From the NCBI GenBank assembly GCA_963664705.1, contig OY761556.1, positions 1,280,001-1,344,000 on the forward strand: a DNA stretch of 64,000 nt, in the 5' to 3' direction. Below the pieces are notes generated by a model, which was not told the DNA's origin, searched no databases, and worked only from the letters and a program-made list of their open reading frames with translations. Source of the stretch: Acidobacteriota bacterium. Lineage in GTDB: Bacteria; Acidobacteriota; UBA6911. This document shows, in pieces, positions 10,701 through 18,774 of the stretch (the first letter of the stretch is position 1; each line of letters starts with the position of its first letter). Both the position numbers and the translations under genes were made by a program.

Positions 10701-13700
10701 TTTACTCCGGCGGCGGACAGCGTGGACAGGCTCCCGTGGACATTTGTATCACAGGGGCGGCTCTGGGCCTGCCGGGCGTGAATGGCGTTTTCGACGATAC
10801 GAACGTTGAAAAGATTCTCCGCGGCGATGTATTCATCGACAAGATCCCTGCGCATTTGCGCGAGGCGATGGTTGAAAAGAACATTACGCGGCTGGTGAAA
10901 TCCGAAGGGGGCGAAGGAAGATTCGAAACCATCGGAAGTACGGCGGATGTGATCAAGCTGGCGGCGCGCGCCAAGGAATTCGATATCGTTCGCGATTTCG
11001 GCTTCCCAGAGGACCGCATGCCTGCGCTGGACCGCGTGACGCAGCTGGCCATTGGCGCCGGTATCGATGCGCTGCGCGATGCCGGCATCCCGCTGGTTAT
11101 GCGCTACAAGACCACCACGAAAGGAACTTTGCTTCCCGATCGTTGGCAGCTGCCTGAAGAGATTCGTGATGACACGGGAATCCTCTTTACTTCGGCATTC
11201 CCGGGATACGATTCCTATGAAAAGATCATCGCCGATTTCTACAAGGACAAGAATCGTCGTCAGCGCCTGGAAGAACTCAGCAGCCTGCGCGAACTGGCCG
11301 CCAGAGCCGGTTCCGGCAACGGCGTTTCCCAGGAACTCGACAAGCGAATCAAAGACCTGACGGAGGAGATCGAAAAGAATGTATATCATTTCGATCGCCG
11401 TTTCCTGTTCCGCGTTCTTTCAATGGGCCATTCCCAGTTCGCCGAATACATCGGCGCCCGCGGGCCCAACACCTCGACCAACGGAGCCTGCGCAAGCGGC
11501 ACTCAGGCCGTCGGGCTCGCCAGCGACTGGATCCGTACCGGACGCTGCAAGCGCGTCATCATTGTTTCCGCGGACGATATCACTTCTGAAAACCTCATGG
11601 GCTGGTTCGGTTCCGGATTCCTGGCTTCCGGATCGGCTGCGACGGATGAGATCGTCGAAGATGCGGCCACTCCGTTCGATCGCCGGCGCCATGGCCTGAT
11701 CATTGGAATGGGCGCATCCGCCGTCGTGATCGAAAGTGTGGACTCGGCCCGCGAGCGCGGCGTCCGCCCGATCTGCCATGTGCTGGGATCGGTGGTGGCC
11801 AACAGTGCGTTCCACGGAACCCGTCTGGACACGAGCCACATCCGCCACGTGATGGAAAGACTGATTTCCACGGCGGAAAAGGAATGGGGTATCAATCGGT
11901 TCGAGATAGCTCCCGAGACGGTATTTGTTTCCCATGAAACATACACGCCGGCCCGCGGCGGCAGCGCATCGGCGGAAGTCTTCGCGCTGCGGCACGTGTT
12001 CAAGGATGCGACCGATCAGATTATCGTGGCCAATACCAAAGGTGCCACCGGGCACCCGATGGCCGTGGGTATTGAAGATGTCGTTTCGGTCAAAATCCTG
12101 GAAACCGGCATCGTTCCCGCTGTTCCCAATTTCAAGGAAGTGGACCCCGAACTTGGCCAGCTGAACCTCTCAAAAGGCGGACCGTACCCCGTGCGCTATG
12201 CGTTGAGACTGGGTGCCGGCTTCGGATCGCAGATTTGTATGACCCTGCTGCGCTGGGCGCCCACCCCCGATGGGAGACGTCCGGCTCCGACAGGGCTCGG
12301 TTACCAATACAGAATCGAAGATCAGACCGCCTGGAACAACTGGCTGAAGCGCCTTGCGGGCAATAATGCGGCGGAGCTGGAAGTGGTACAGCGCACGCTC
12401 CGGATCAAAGATCAGGGCGTTGCCGCAAGAATGGAAAACGGGAATGGATCGGCTGCCGCCACAATTCCTCAGATTGCCGCCCCGGCGGCTGCAATATCGG
12501 AACCGGCGCCGGCTGTTTCTGCTCCTGCTGCGACGGCTGTGCCTTCAGCGGTGGAGCCGGCTGCGTCCATCTCCGACCCGGTGAAAGATGCGGTCATGCG
12601 GATTATCGCCGAAAAGACCGGCTATCCCTCCGACATGCTCGATCCCGATCTTGATCTGGAAGCGGATCTCGGCATCGACACGGTAAAACAGGCGGAGATG
12701 TTTGCCGCCATTCGAGCGGAATATGACATCCCGCGCGAAGACAACCTGAAGCTGCGCGATTTCCCGACGCTGGCGCACATCATCCAGTTCGTGTATGACC
12801 GCCGGCCGGATATGAAGCGCGCGGCAGCCCCTGTTCAGGCTGCCAAAGTTTCCGAGCCTGCTCCTGCAGCAGCGGCGACAGCACCGGCTCCGGTGCAGGC
12901 CGCCGCGGCGCCGGCCGATTCCGGCGATGATGCCGTGAAGGAAATGGTCCTGAAGATCATCGCGGAAAAAACCGGGTATCCCTCCGACATGCTGGACCTG
13001 GATCTCGATCTCGAGGCAGACCTCGGGATTGACACGGTAAAGCAGGCCGAAATGTTTGCCTCAATCCGCGCGGCCTACGACATTCCGCGCGAGGACAATC
13101 TGAAGCTGCGCGATTTTCCGACGCTGGCGCACATCATTCAGTTTGTGTACGACCGGAAGCCCGATCTGAAACCGTCGGCCAAACCGGCCGCGGCGGCAGC
13201 ACCCGTTGCCGCACCGGCGGCAGTGGCTCCTGCGGCAGCCGCAACCGAAGATGATGGCGTTAAAGACATGGTCCTCAAGATCATTGCGGAAAAAACCGGC
13301 TATCCACCGGATATGCTGGATCTCGATCTCGATCTCGAAGCAGATCTTGGGATCGATACCGTAAAGCAGGCCGAGATGTTCGCGACCATCCGCGCGGCTT
13401 ATGACATCCCGCGCGAAGACAATTTGAAGCTGCGCGATTTCCCGACGCTGGCGCATATCATTCAGTTCGTGTACGACCGGAAGCCCGGGTTGAAGCAGTC
13501 CGATGCGACCGGGACTCCGGCCGAATCGAAGGCTGCGGAACCACCGGCAACGGCGGAAGCGCCCAAACCGGTAGCGGCCAGTTTTGATGCCGCCAACGCC
13601 GTGCCAAGGCGTCTGCCCGTTCCCAAACTTCGGCCGGCGCTGAGTGTCTGCAAGCCAACCGGCGTTGCTCTGAAACCGGGAAGCCGGGTCGTCGTGATGC

Positions 13701-16120
13701 CGGACCAGGGCGGAGTAGGAAAAGCTCTGATCGGAAGACTCGAGAAGCTCGGAGTCCAAGTCCTTGTGATCGACGGCGTGCCCGATGTGAAGTTCCTCGC
13801 GAAATACATCGAGGGATGGAAGGCCGAAGGCCCGATCCAGGGGATTTACTGGCTCCCCGCGCTTGATCAGGCCGGCGATGTTTCCTCCATGACTCTTGTT
13901 CAGTGGAAGGAAGCGACGCGGGTGCGGGCAAAGCTGCTGTTTGCCACGATCCAGAGTCTTTACGATCAGATCGGCGAGCCGGGAACTTTCCTGGTTTCCG
14001 CGACGCGATTGGGCGGCCAGCATGGATACGATGAAGCCGGCGCGGCCGATGCCCTGGGTGGATCGGTGTCCGGGTTCACCAAAGCCTTCAAACGTGAGAA
14101 GCCGAATGCAACCGTAAAGGTGATCGACTTCGAGCCGAGCCGCAAGACAAGCGCACTCGCGGATCTCCTGGTGGATGAAACGCTCCGGGATCCGGGAGCG
14201 GTGGAAATCGGCTACAAAGATGGCCAGCGTTTTACGGTTGGTCTGGTTGAAAGGCCGGTTGCGGAAGCGACACCGGTTCAGCTCAACAAAGATACGGTCT
14301 TTGTGGTAACCGGCGCGGCAGGAAGCATCGTTTCCGCCATCACCGCGGATCTTGCGGCCGCTTCGAGCGGAATCTTCTACCTGCTCGACCTCACGCCGGA
14401 GCCGGATGCGGCAAACAGCGACCTCGCTCGCCTGGTGACCGATAAAGAAGGCTTGAAGCGCGATATCTTCGAACGGTTCAAAGTGCGTGGCGAACGCGCG
14501 ACACCGGTCATGGTCGATCGCGAAATCGCCTCGCTCGAACGGTCCCGCGCTGCACTGGATGCCATCCTGGCCGTCAAGAACGCAGGCGGAACGGTTCACT
14601 ACTGCAGCCTCGATTTGACCGATCAGGGTGCGGTGGGCAAAGTCGTCAAGGATATCGCCGACCGGTATGGCCGCATCGATGTTTTGATGCACGCTGCCGG
14701 CCTCGAAATCAGCCACATGGTTCCCGACAAGAAGACGTCGGAATTCGACCTTGTCTTCGATGTGAAGAGCGATGGCTGGTTCAACCTTCTTTCCAGCATG
14801 GGAGAAATGCCGCTCGGCGCGGCGGTGGTATTCAGCTCCGTTGCCGGACGCTTCGGCAACTCCGGGCAGACCGATTACAGCTCGGCCAATGATCTGCTCT
14901 GCAAATGCATCTCGAATTTCCGCACGACGCGGCCACAGACAAGAGGTATCTCGATTGACTGGACGGCGTGGAGTGGAATCGGAATGGCATCCAGGGGCTC
15001 CATTCCTGTCATCATGAAACAGGCCGGCATCGATATGCTTCCTCCCGAGGCCGGTATCTCGATCGTGCGCCGCGAACTGCTGGCCGGCACGGGTGGAGAG
15101 CTTGTGATCGGGCAGAAGTTGGGAATCCTGGTTCAGGAATTTGATCCGCAGGGCGGACTGGATGTGACTGCTGGCGGAACGCTTGAAGCGTCGCTGAAGG
15201 ATCGCGGGATCATGATCGGAGCCGTCGAGGGCATGGGTCTGTACGGTGGATTGACGATTGAAACAACTCTCGATCCAACCCAGCAGCCGTTCCTCTTCGA
15301 CCACCAGATCAGTCAGACCCCGGTGCTTCCGGGCGTCATGGGTCTGGAAGCCATGGCGGAAGCCGCCAGGCTTCTCTTCCCGGACCGCTATGTCGGAGCC
15401 ATCACCGATGTCAGCTTCATGACTCCGTTCAAGTTCTATCGCAACCAGCCGCGCGCGATTAAGATCTACGTGGACTTCTTCGCGGACAACGAGGATATCG
15501 TCGCGGATTGCAGGCTTGTCGGTTCTCGCCTGCTGCACGGGCATGCGGAACCGGAAATCACGACGCATTTCACCGGTCGTGTGCGCCTGACAACGCAACC
15601 GCCCAAGGCTGCCAAGGAAAACGCCGTCTCCGCGCGAACGAGCGGTGCCAGGGCGGAAGCGGCGCAAATCTACAAGGTTTACTTCCATGGACCGGCGTAT
15701 CAGGTGATCGACAGCGCATGGCAGTCGGGCGGCAACATTGTCGCATCGTTTGCCAGGGAACTGCCGGTCAACCATGTGCCGGCCGAACTGCCGGTGCTGG
15801 CTTCGCCAAGGTATGTGGAACTCTGCTTCCAGGCGGCCAGCCTGTCCGGACTCGCCGGACAGTCGCGGCTTGGTTTGCCGAATTCCTTCAAGGAGCTGCG
15901 AGTCCTCTCGATGCCTGAGAAGGAGTCGGATGGAAACTTCTTCTCCGTGGTTGCCACCAACCCGGATGGGACCTATGATGCGAAGGTGCTGGACGGCAAG
16001 GGAAAGGTTTATCTGACCCTCCGCGGCTACCAGACCATGGATCTCCCGGATCCGGTTCAGGCGGATCTCATTCAGCCCATCAAGGCAGCGTTGCAGCCGG
16101 AGCTGTCGGAGAAAGCATAA
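7703..16120 (+). CDS. iterative type I PKS/FAS-like megasynthase, KS-AT-KS-ACPx3-KR-DH (PfaA-related)
   Basis: KS1 DAACAS/EGHGTST/NIGHL; AT GQGSQ/GHSLG/HAFH; KS2 NGACAS/SHETYT/TGHPM; three DLEADLGIDTVKQAE ACP repeats; KR TGAAGSI, GNSGQTDYSSAN; DH DHQISQTPVLP, FHGPAYQ; GGAGG RBS. Confidence 0.93.
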   Translation: MKVSAAERAVAIVGVGALMPDAPNAPKFWQNVRGGVYSIKDVVQERWDPNLYYDADPKAPDKTYSKIGGWVRDWEWDPLKWKLPIPPRVSLAMDLTQKWAVVTAREALADFGYPSRALNAERTAVIYGNAMAGDTHLYSAARILFPEFAEELIKSTSYSALPPAVRESIMEQLHEGVRRKTPPITEDTMPGELANIVAGRIAALYDFKGPNYVADAACASAMAAMSAAIEGLNAHDYDAVLTGGIDTNMSPSTFVKFCKIGALSATGSRPYAEGSDGFVMGEGAVTFLLKRLADAERDGDKIYAVIRGMGGSSDGKGKGITAPNPAGQKICVRRAWQKAGVLPTVGDLIEGHGTSTAVGDVAEFESIAEVFNDFGLPKQSIPLGSVKSNIGHLKGAAGSAGILKAMFALHARELPPSLNFNEPNHNINFKDSPFYVNTQLKPWDVEPGKARRAAVSAFGFGGTNFHIVLEEYIPGRIAGEIKTTTSVPVSAVASAPAELKTPLRGALVLGADNEAAVVARLRDIVKDAEAGKAPAPAVPMESDLRASVRLAIDYGNAAELADKGAKALKAFEENQVGRWKALRAKGIFLGKGPAPKVAFLFTGQGSQYVNMIQHLRETEPIVTRTFEAADRIMEPLLGKPLTECIYLDKSDAAALAAAEEGLKQTAITQPAVLATETALARMLGAYGIQPDMVMGHSLGEYGALVAAGAISFDEALKAVSARGNEMTKCAFDDNGMMAAVGGPIDEIQKVLETIDDYVVVANINSTKEAVIGGSTQGIEKAIAALGTAGYTAKALQVSHAFHTKIVAPAGDSLARILGGMNLRPPQIPIVTNVTGEFYPMGPGVVPEMIGLLGKQVSSPVQFIKGLNTLYNAGARIFVDIGPKRILYGFVDDVLGAKDGVVPLFGNHPRIGDAASLNLALCGLYAAGLGFGEPAKAVAVVPAAPVVAVPAVQASLTAAPSAPSYRMEKLDQPQRVAPASSDRYVELGKLFTEFMDRGFQLYSGGGQRGQAPVDICITGAALGLPGVNGVFDDTNVEKILRGDVFIDKIPAHLREAMVEKNITRLVKSEGGEGRFETIGSTADVIKLAARAKEFDIVRDFGFPEDRMPALDRVTQLAIGAGIDALRDAGIPLVMRYKTTTKGTLLPDRWQLPEEIRDDTGILFTSAFPGYDSYEKIIADFYKDKNRRQRLEELSSLRELAARAGSGNGVSQELDKRIKDLTEEIEKNVYHFDRRFLFRVLSMGHSQFAEYIGARGPNTSTNGACASGTQAVGLASDWIRTGRCKRVIIVSADDITSENLMGWFGSGFLASGSAATDEIVEDAATPFDRRRHGLIIGMGASAVVIESVDSARERGVRPICHVLGSVVANSAFHGTRLDTSHIRHVMERLISTAEKEWGINRFEIAPETVFVSHETYTPARGGSASAEVFALRHVFKDATDQIIVANTKGATGHPMAVGIEDVVSVKILETGIVPAVPNFKEVDPELGQLNLSKGGPYPVRYALRLGAGFGSQICMTLLRWAPTPDGRRPAPTGLGYQYRIEDQTAWNNWLKRLAGNNAAELEVVQRTLRIKDQGVAARMENGNGSAAATIPQIAAPAAAISEPAPAVSAPAATAVPSAVEPAASISDPVKDAVMRIIAEKTGYPSDMLDPDLDLEADLGIDTVKQAEMFAAIRAEYDIPREDNLKLRDFPTLAHIIQFVYDRRPDMKRAAAPVQAAKVSEPAPAAAATAPAPVQAAAAPADSGDDAVKEMVLKIIAEKTGYPSDMLDLDLDLEADLGIDTVKQAEMFASIRAAYDIPREDNLKLRDFPTLAHIIQFVYDRKPDLKPSAKPAAAAAPVAAPAAVAPAAAATEDDGVKDMVLKIIAEKTGYPPDMLDLDLDLEADLGIDTVKQAEMFATIRAAYDIPREDNLKLRDFPTLAHIIQFVYDRKPGLKQSDATGTPAESKAAEPPATAEAPKPVAASFDAANAVPRRLPVPKLRPALSVCKPTGVALKPGSRVVVMPDQGGVGKALIGRLEKLGVQVLVIDGVPDVKFLAKYIEGWKAEGPIQGIYWLPALDQAGDVSSMTLVQWKEATRVRAKLLFATIQSLYDQIGEPGTFLVSATRLGGQHGYDEAGAADALGGSVSGFTKAFKREKPNATVKVIDFEPSRKTSALADLLVDETLRDPGAVEIGYKDGQRFTVGLVERPVAEATPVQLNKDTVFVVTGAAGSIVSAITADLAAASSGIFYLLDLTPEPDAANSDLARLVTDKEGLKRDIFERFKVRGERATPVMVDREIASLERSRAALDAILAVKNAGGTVHYCSLDLTDQGAVGKVVKDIADRYGRIDVLMHAAGLEISHMVPDKKTSEFDLVFDVKSDGWFNLLSSMGEMPLGAAVVFSSVAGRFGNSGQTDYSSANDLLCKCISNFRTTRPQTRGISIDWTAWSGIGMASRGSIPVIMKQAGIDMLPPEAGISIVRRELLAGTGGELVIGQKLGILVQEFDPQGGLDVTAGGTLEASLKDRGIMIGAVEGMGLYGGLTIETTLDPTQQPFLFDHQISQTPVLPGVMGLEAMAEAARLLFPDRYVGAITDVSFMTPFKFYRNQPRAIKIYVDFFADNEDIVADCRLVGSRLLHGHAEPEITTHFTGRVRLTTQPPKAAKENAVSARTSGARAEAAQIYKVYFHGPAYQVIDSAWQSGGNIVASFARELPVNHVPAELPVLASPRYVELCFQAASLSGLAGQSRLGLPNSFKELRVLSMPEKESDGNFFSVVATNPDGTYDAKVLDGKGKVYLTLRGYQTMDLPDPVQADLIQPIKAALQPELSEKA

Positions 16121-16124
16121 CCTC

Positions 16125-16844
16125 ATGATTTCAGATGCCGGATTTCAGATTTCAGAATGTCCTGATGGACAGAGCTGGAATCTGAAATCCGGGGACTGGA
16201 ATCTCCTCTGCATTACCCGTACCTCGAAACAGATTCCCCTGGATGATAACTGGCTAAGCAAGGAAGAGCGTGAGGTGGTGTCGGCATTTCGCTTCCCAAA
16301 GCGAAGAACCGATTGGCGCCTGGGTCGCTGGACGGCAAAACAGACCATTTGTCTGCTTAAGAATTGGGGCGATTCCGCGCTTGCATCGCTGGAAATACGT
16401 TCGGATTCCAATGGAGCGCCGGAAGTTTTTTTTGAAGGAAAGCCGGCCGACGTCTCCATCTCGATCAGCCACAGCGGGGACCGGAGTTTTTGTCTGGCCG
16501 GCCCGCGAACCCTGGCCGCCGGGTGCGACCTCGAGTGGATAGAACCGCGCGAGAAAAATTTTGCGCCCGATTATTTTACGGATGAAGAACTTGCGTTTGT
16601 GCTGCAGGCGCAGGATAAACGCGAAATGGCCGAAACGCTTATCTGGAGTGCGAAGGAATCCGCCCTTAAAGTCATCCGCAAAGGATTGACGCTGGACACG
16701 CGCAGCGTTGGGATTCGGCCGGATTTCGCCGAGCCGAGTGAAGTCTGGCAGCGCTGGACCGGTAAGTCCCTGGATCCGCCAAGGATCTACCATGGCCTCT
16801 GGCGCGCAGCCGACAGTTTTATCTATACGCTGGCTGTAGCGTGA
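16125..16844 (+). CDS. 4'-phosphopantetheinyl transferase (Sfp-type)
   Basis: GAP, SISHS, GCDLE, WSAKESALK; 4 nt downstream of the PKS stop. Confidence 0.9.
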   Translation: MISDAGFQISECPDGQSWNLKSGDWNLLCITRTSKQIPLDDNWLSKEEREVVSAFRFPKRRTDWRLGRWTAKQTICLLKNWGDSALASLEIRSDSNGAPEVFFEGKPADVSISISHSGDRSFCLAGPRTLAAGCDLEWIEPREKNFAPDYFTDEELAFVLQAQDKREMAETLIWSAKESALKVIRKGLTLDTRSVGIRPDFAEPSEVWQRWTGKSLDPPRIYHGLWRAADSFIYTLAVA

Positions 16845-16885
16845 GCTTTCCCTGAAAGCGCCGCCGTCTCGTTCTCCAGCCTTGG

Positions 16886-16930
16886 TCTGGAATCTGGAAT
16901 CCGGAATCTGAAATCTGGAATCTGGAATTC
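16886..16930. repeat. TCTGGAA-type heptamer tandem repeat
   Basis: about six units TCTGGAA/TCCGGAA/TCTGAAA downstream of the PPTase. Confidence 0.85.
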
Positions 16931-16994
16931 TATCCAGTGTTCTTTCAGGAAAGAGGCTCCTGACTTCCAGTCCCTTTTTCGTTACTATCACTTC

Positions 16995-17927
16995 ATGAAA
17001 ACAAGGAATCTTGGCAAATCTGGACTAGTTGTTTCCGAAGTCGGGTTGGGCTGCAATAACTTCGGCATGCGCATTGACTTGGAAGAATCGCGTGCGGTGA
17101 TCGATAAGGCGATTGAATTAGGCATCACGCTCTTCGATACGGCCGACGTATACGGAAAGCGTGGCGGCTCCGAAACCATCCTGGGTCAAGTGCTCGGATC
17201 CCGTCGAAAGGACATCGTCCTGGCGACGAAATTCGGAATGATCATGGATGGGGCCGAGACCAAAAAAGGAGCGTCGCGACGCTATATCCTGTCGGCGGTC
17301 GAATCCAGCCTTCGCCGTCTGAATACCGACTGGATTGATTTATACCAGGTCCATACCCCCGATCCCAAAACCCCGCTGGACGAAACCCTGCGTACCTTGG
17401 ACGATCTCGTGCGCCAGGGCAAAATTCGTTATTTTGGCTGCTCCAATTATCCCGCCTGGCAGGTGGTTGAAGCGTGCTGGATCAGCCGGGACCTCGGCAT
17501 CAATTCCTTCGTGTCCTGTCAGGACGAATACAACCTCCTCGTGCGTACGGTGGAACGCGATCAAATCCCGGTGATGGCGAAATACGGGCTCGGGCTGCTC
17601 CCCTATTTCCCGCTGGCGAGCGGCATGCTGACCGGCAAGTACAAAAAGGGAGAAATGCCTGCAGCCGGCACCCGTTTCTCGGCCTGGAAGTCGGTTTCAC
17701 AGCGGTATATCAGTGATCAGAATTGGACGGTGGTGGAATCGTTGGATAAATTCGCCGTTCATCGAGGGCATACGCTTCTGGATCTGGCTTTTGGCTGGCT
17801 GCTCGCCAAACCGGTGGTGTCGAGCGTTATCGCCGGTGCTACGCGCCCGGAGCAGGTGGAGCGGAATGTAGCTGCCGCAAGTTGGGAGCTGTCGAGCGAG
17901 GATCTCGCGGAAATCGACAAAATCTGA
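16995..17927 (+). CDS. aldo/keto reductase
   Basis: GLGCNNFG, FDTADVYG, LATKFG, IDLYQVH, YFPLASG. Confidence 0.93.
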   Translation: MKTRNLGKSGLVVSEVGLGCNNFGMRIDLEESRAVIDKAIELGITLFDTADVYGKRGGSETILGQVLGSRRKDIVLATKFGMIMDGAETKKGASRRYILSAVESSLRRLNTDWIDLYQVHTPDPKTPLDETLRTLDDLVRQGKIRYFGCSNYPAWQVVEACWISRDLGINSFVSCQDEYNLLVRTVERDQIPVMAKYGLGLLPYFPLASGMLTGKYKKGEMPAAGTRFSAWKSVSQRYISDQNWTVVESLDKFAVHRGHTLLDLAFGWLLAKPVVSSVIAGATRPEQVERNVAAASWELSSEDLAEIDKI

Positions 17928-18007
17928 ATGGCTCGGCCTCCGCGGATGGAATCTTAACCGAGCTTTTTGCGGCCATCCTGCGCCGGAAAATGATATCCTA
18001 AGCTCCT

Positions 18008-18730
18008 ATGGCCAAGGAATTTCAGCCGGCGCAACCGTTCCCGCGCACGGCAATAGGTTTTCTGCCGGAATACCTCGATTTTGAGCGGGGCATCCATGTG
18101 GGGAACCTTGAAGAAAATCAGCGCATCACCCGCATCCTGAAACTGGCGCTTGAAGCGCGCTACCGGGAGCCGTTTGTGACGGAACGCTTCGGACGCGGGG
18201 TCTACTGGCAGTGGATTGGTTTTCTGCCGCGCGCCAATCGGAGTGCCAAACCGATCTCCTCAAAGGTCAGTTTCGGGTGCTCCAAGTTTTATTTAACGGT
18301 TGATACGGAGACCAAGGTTTTCAAGTGCGGATTCTCCGTGGAGCGCGGATTCCTCGAGTCCCCGGATTTTCCCGCGATTGAACTGAAGTCCGATTTTGAC
18401 TGGCATCGGCTGACGGCCGCATTGAAGCCTTCGGGCGCAATGGAGCGTGAGTTGAAACGGCTGGTGGTTCGCGAGGGATTCAGAGTCGATGCCGGCAGCT
18501 GGGAGCGTCCGTTTTCGGCGACGAAGAGCCGGTTCCCCAGTATGGCCAAGCTGAAAAGCGCCCTCGATGAGGCCCCGGGCGCATCATGGGCAGGTTTTCA
18601 GGTATACTACCCGATGCCGGAAAAAGATGTGCGCGGCTCATCCGGAGTCGATTTGATTGAATCGATGATGGCCATTTTTGACGAGGTCACTCCGGCGATG
18701 AATTTGTGCATGCAGATCCGGCTCGAGTAA
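18008..18730 (+). CDS. hypothetical protein
   Basis: 240-aa ORF with host-like codon usage; no motif recognised. Confidence 0.75.
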   Translation: MAKEFQPAQPFPRTAIGFLPEYLDFERGIHVGNLEENQRITRILKLALEARYREPFVTERFGRGVYWQWIGFLPRANRSAKPISSKVSFGCSKFYLTVDTETKVFKCGFSVERGFLESPDFPAIELKSDFDWHRLTAALKPSGAMERELKRLVVREGFRVDAGSWERPFSATKSRFPSMAKLKSALDEAPGASWAGFQVYYPMPEKDVRGSSGVDLIESMMAIFDEVTPAMNLCMQIRLE

Positions 18731-18774
18731 GCGCGCGTTTAATCATCCAACTTTCTATTTGCAGGTGTTTCGAA

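Noticed and set aside
12575-13490. Three near-identical DNA repeats as a mobile repeat or misassembly
   Set aside because: They are in-frame ACP domains with synonymous differences and distinct Ala/Pro linkers.
7937-16126. Very long antisense ORFs (828 aa at 7937-10423, 1021 aa at 13061-16126)
   Set aside because: Shadows of the GC-rich PKS reading frame; no motifs or RBS.
16995-17927. Aldo/keto reductase as part of the PKS cluster
   Set aside because: Generic AKR separated by a 150-nt repeat-containing gap; linkage cannot be supported without synteny data.
17931-17968. Terminator after the aldo/keto reductase (GCTCGG...CCGAGC TTTTT)
   Set aside because: 6-bp stem with a loop of about 21 nt; too weak to call.
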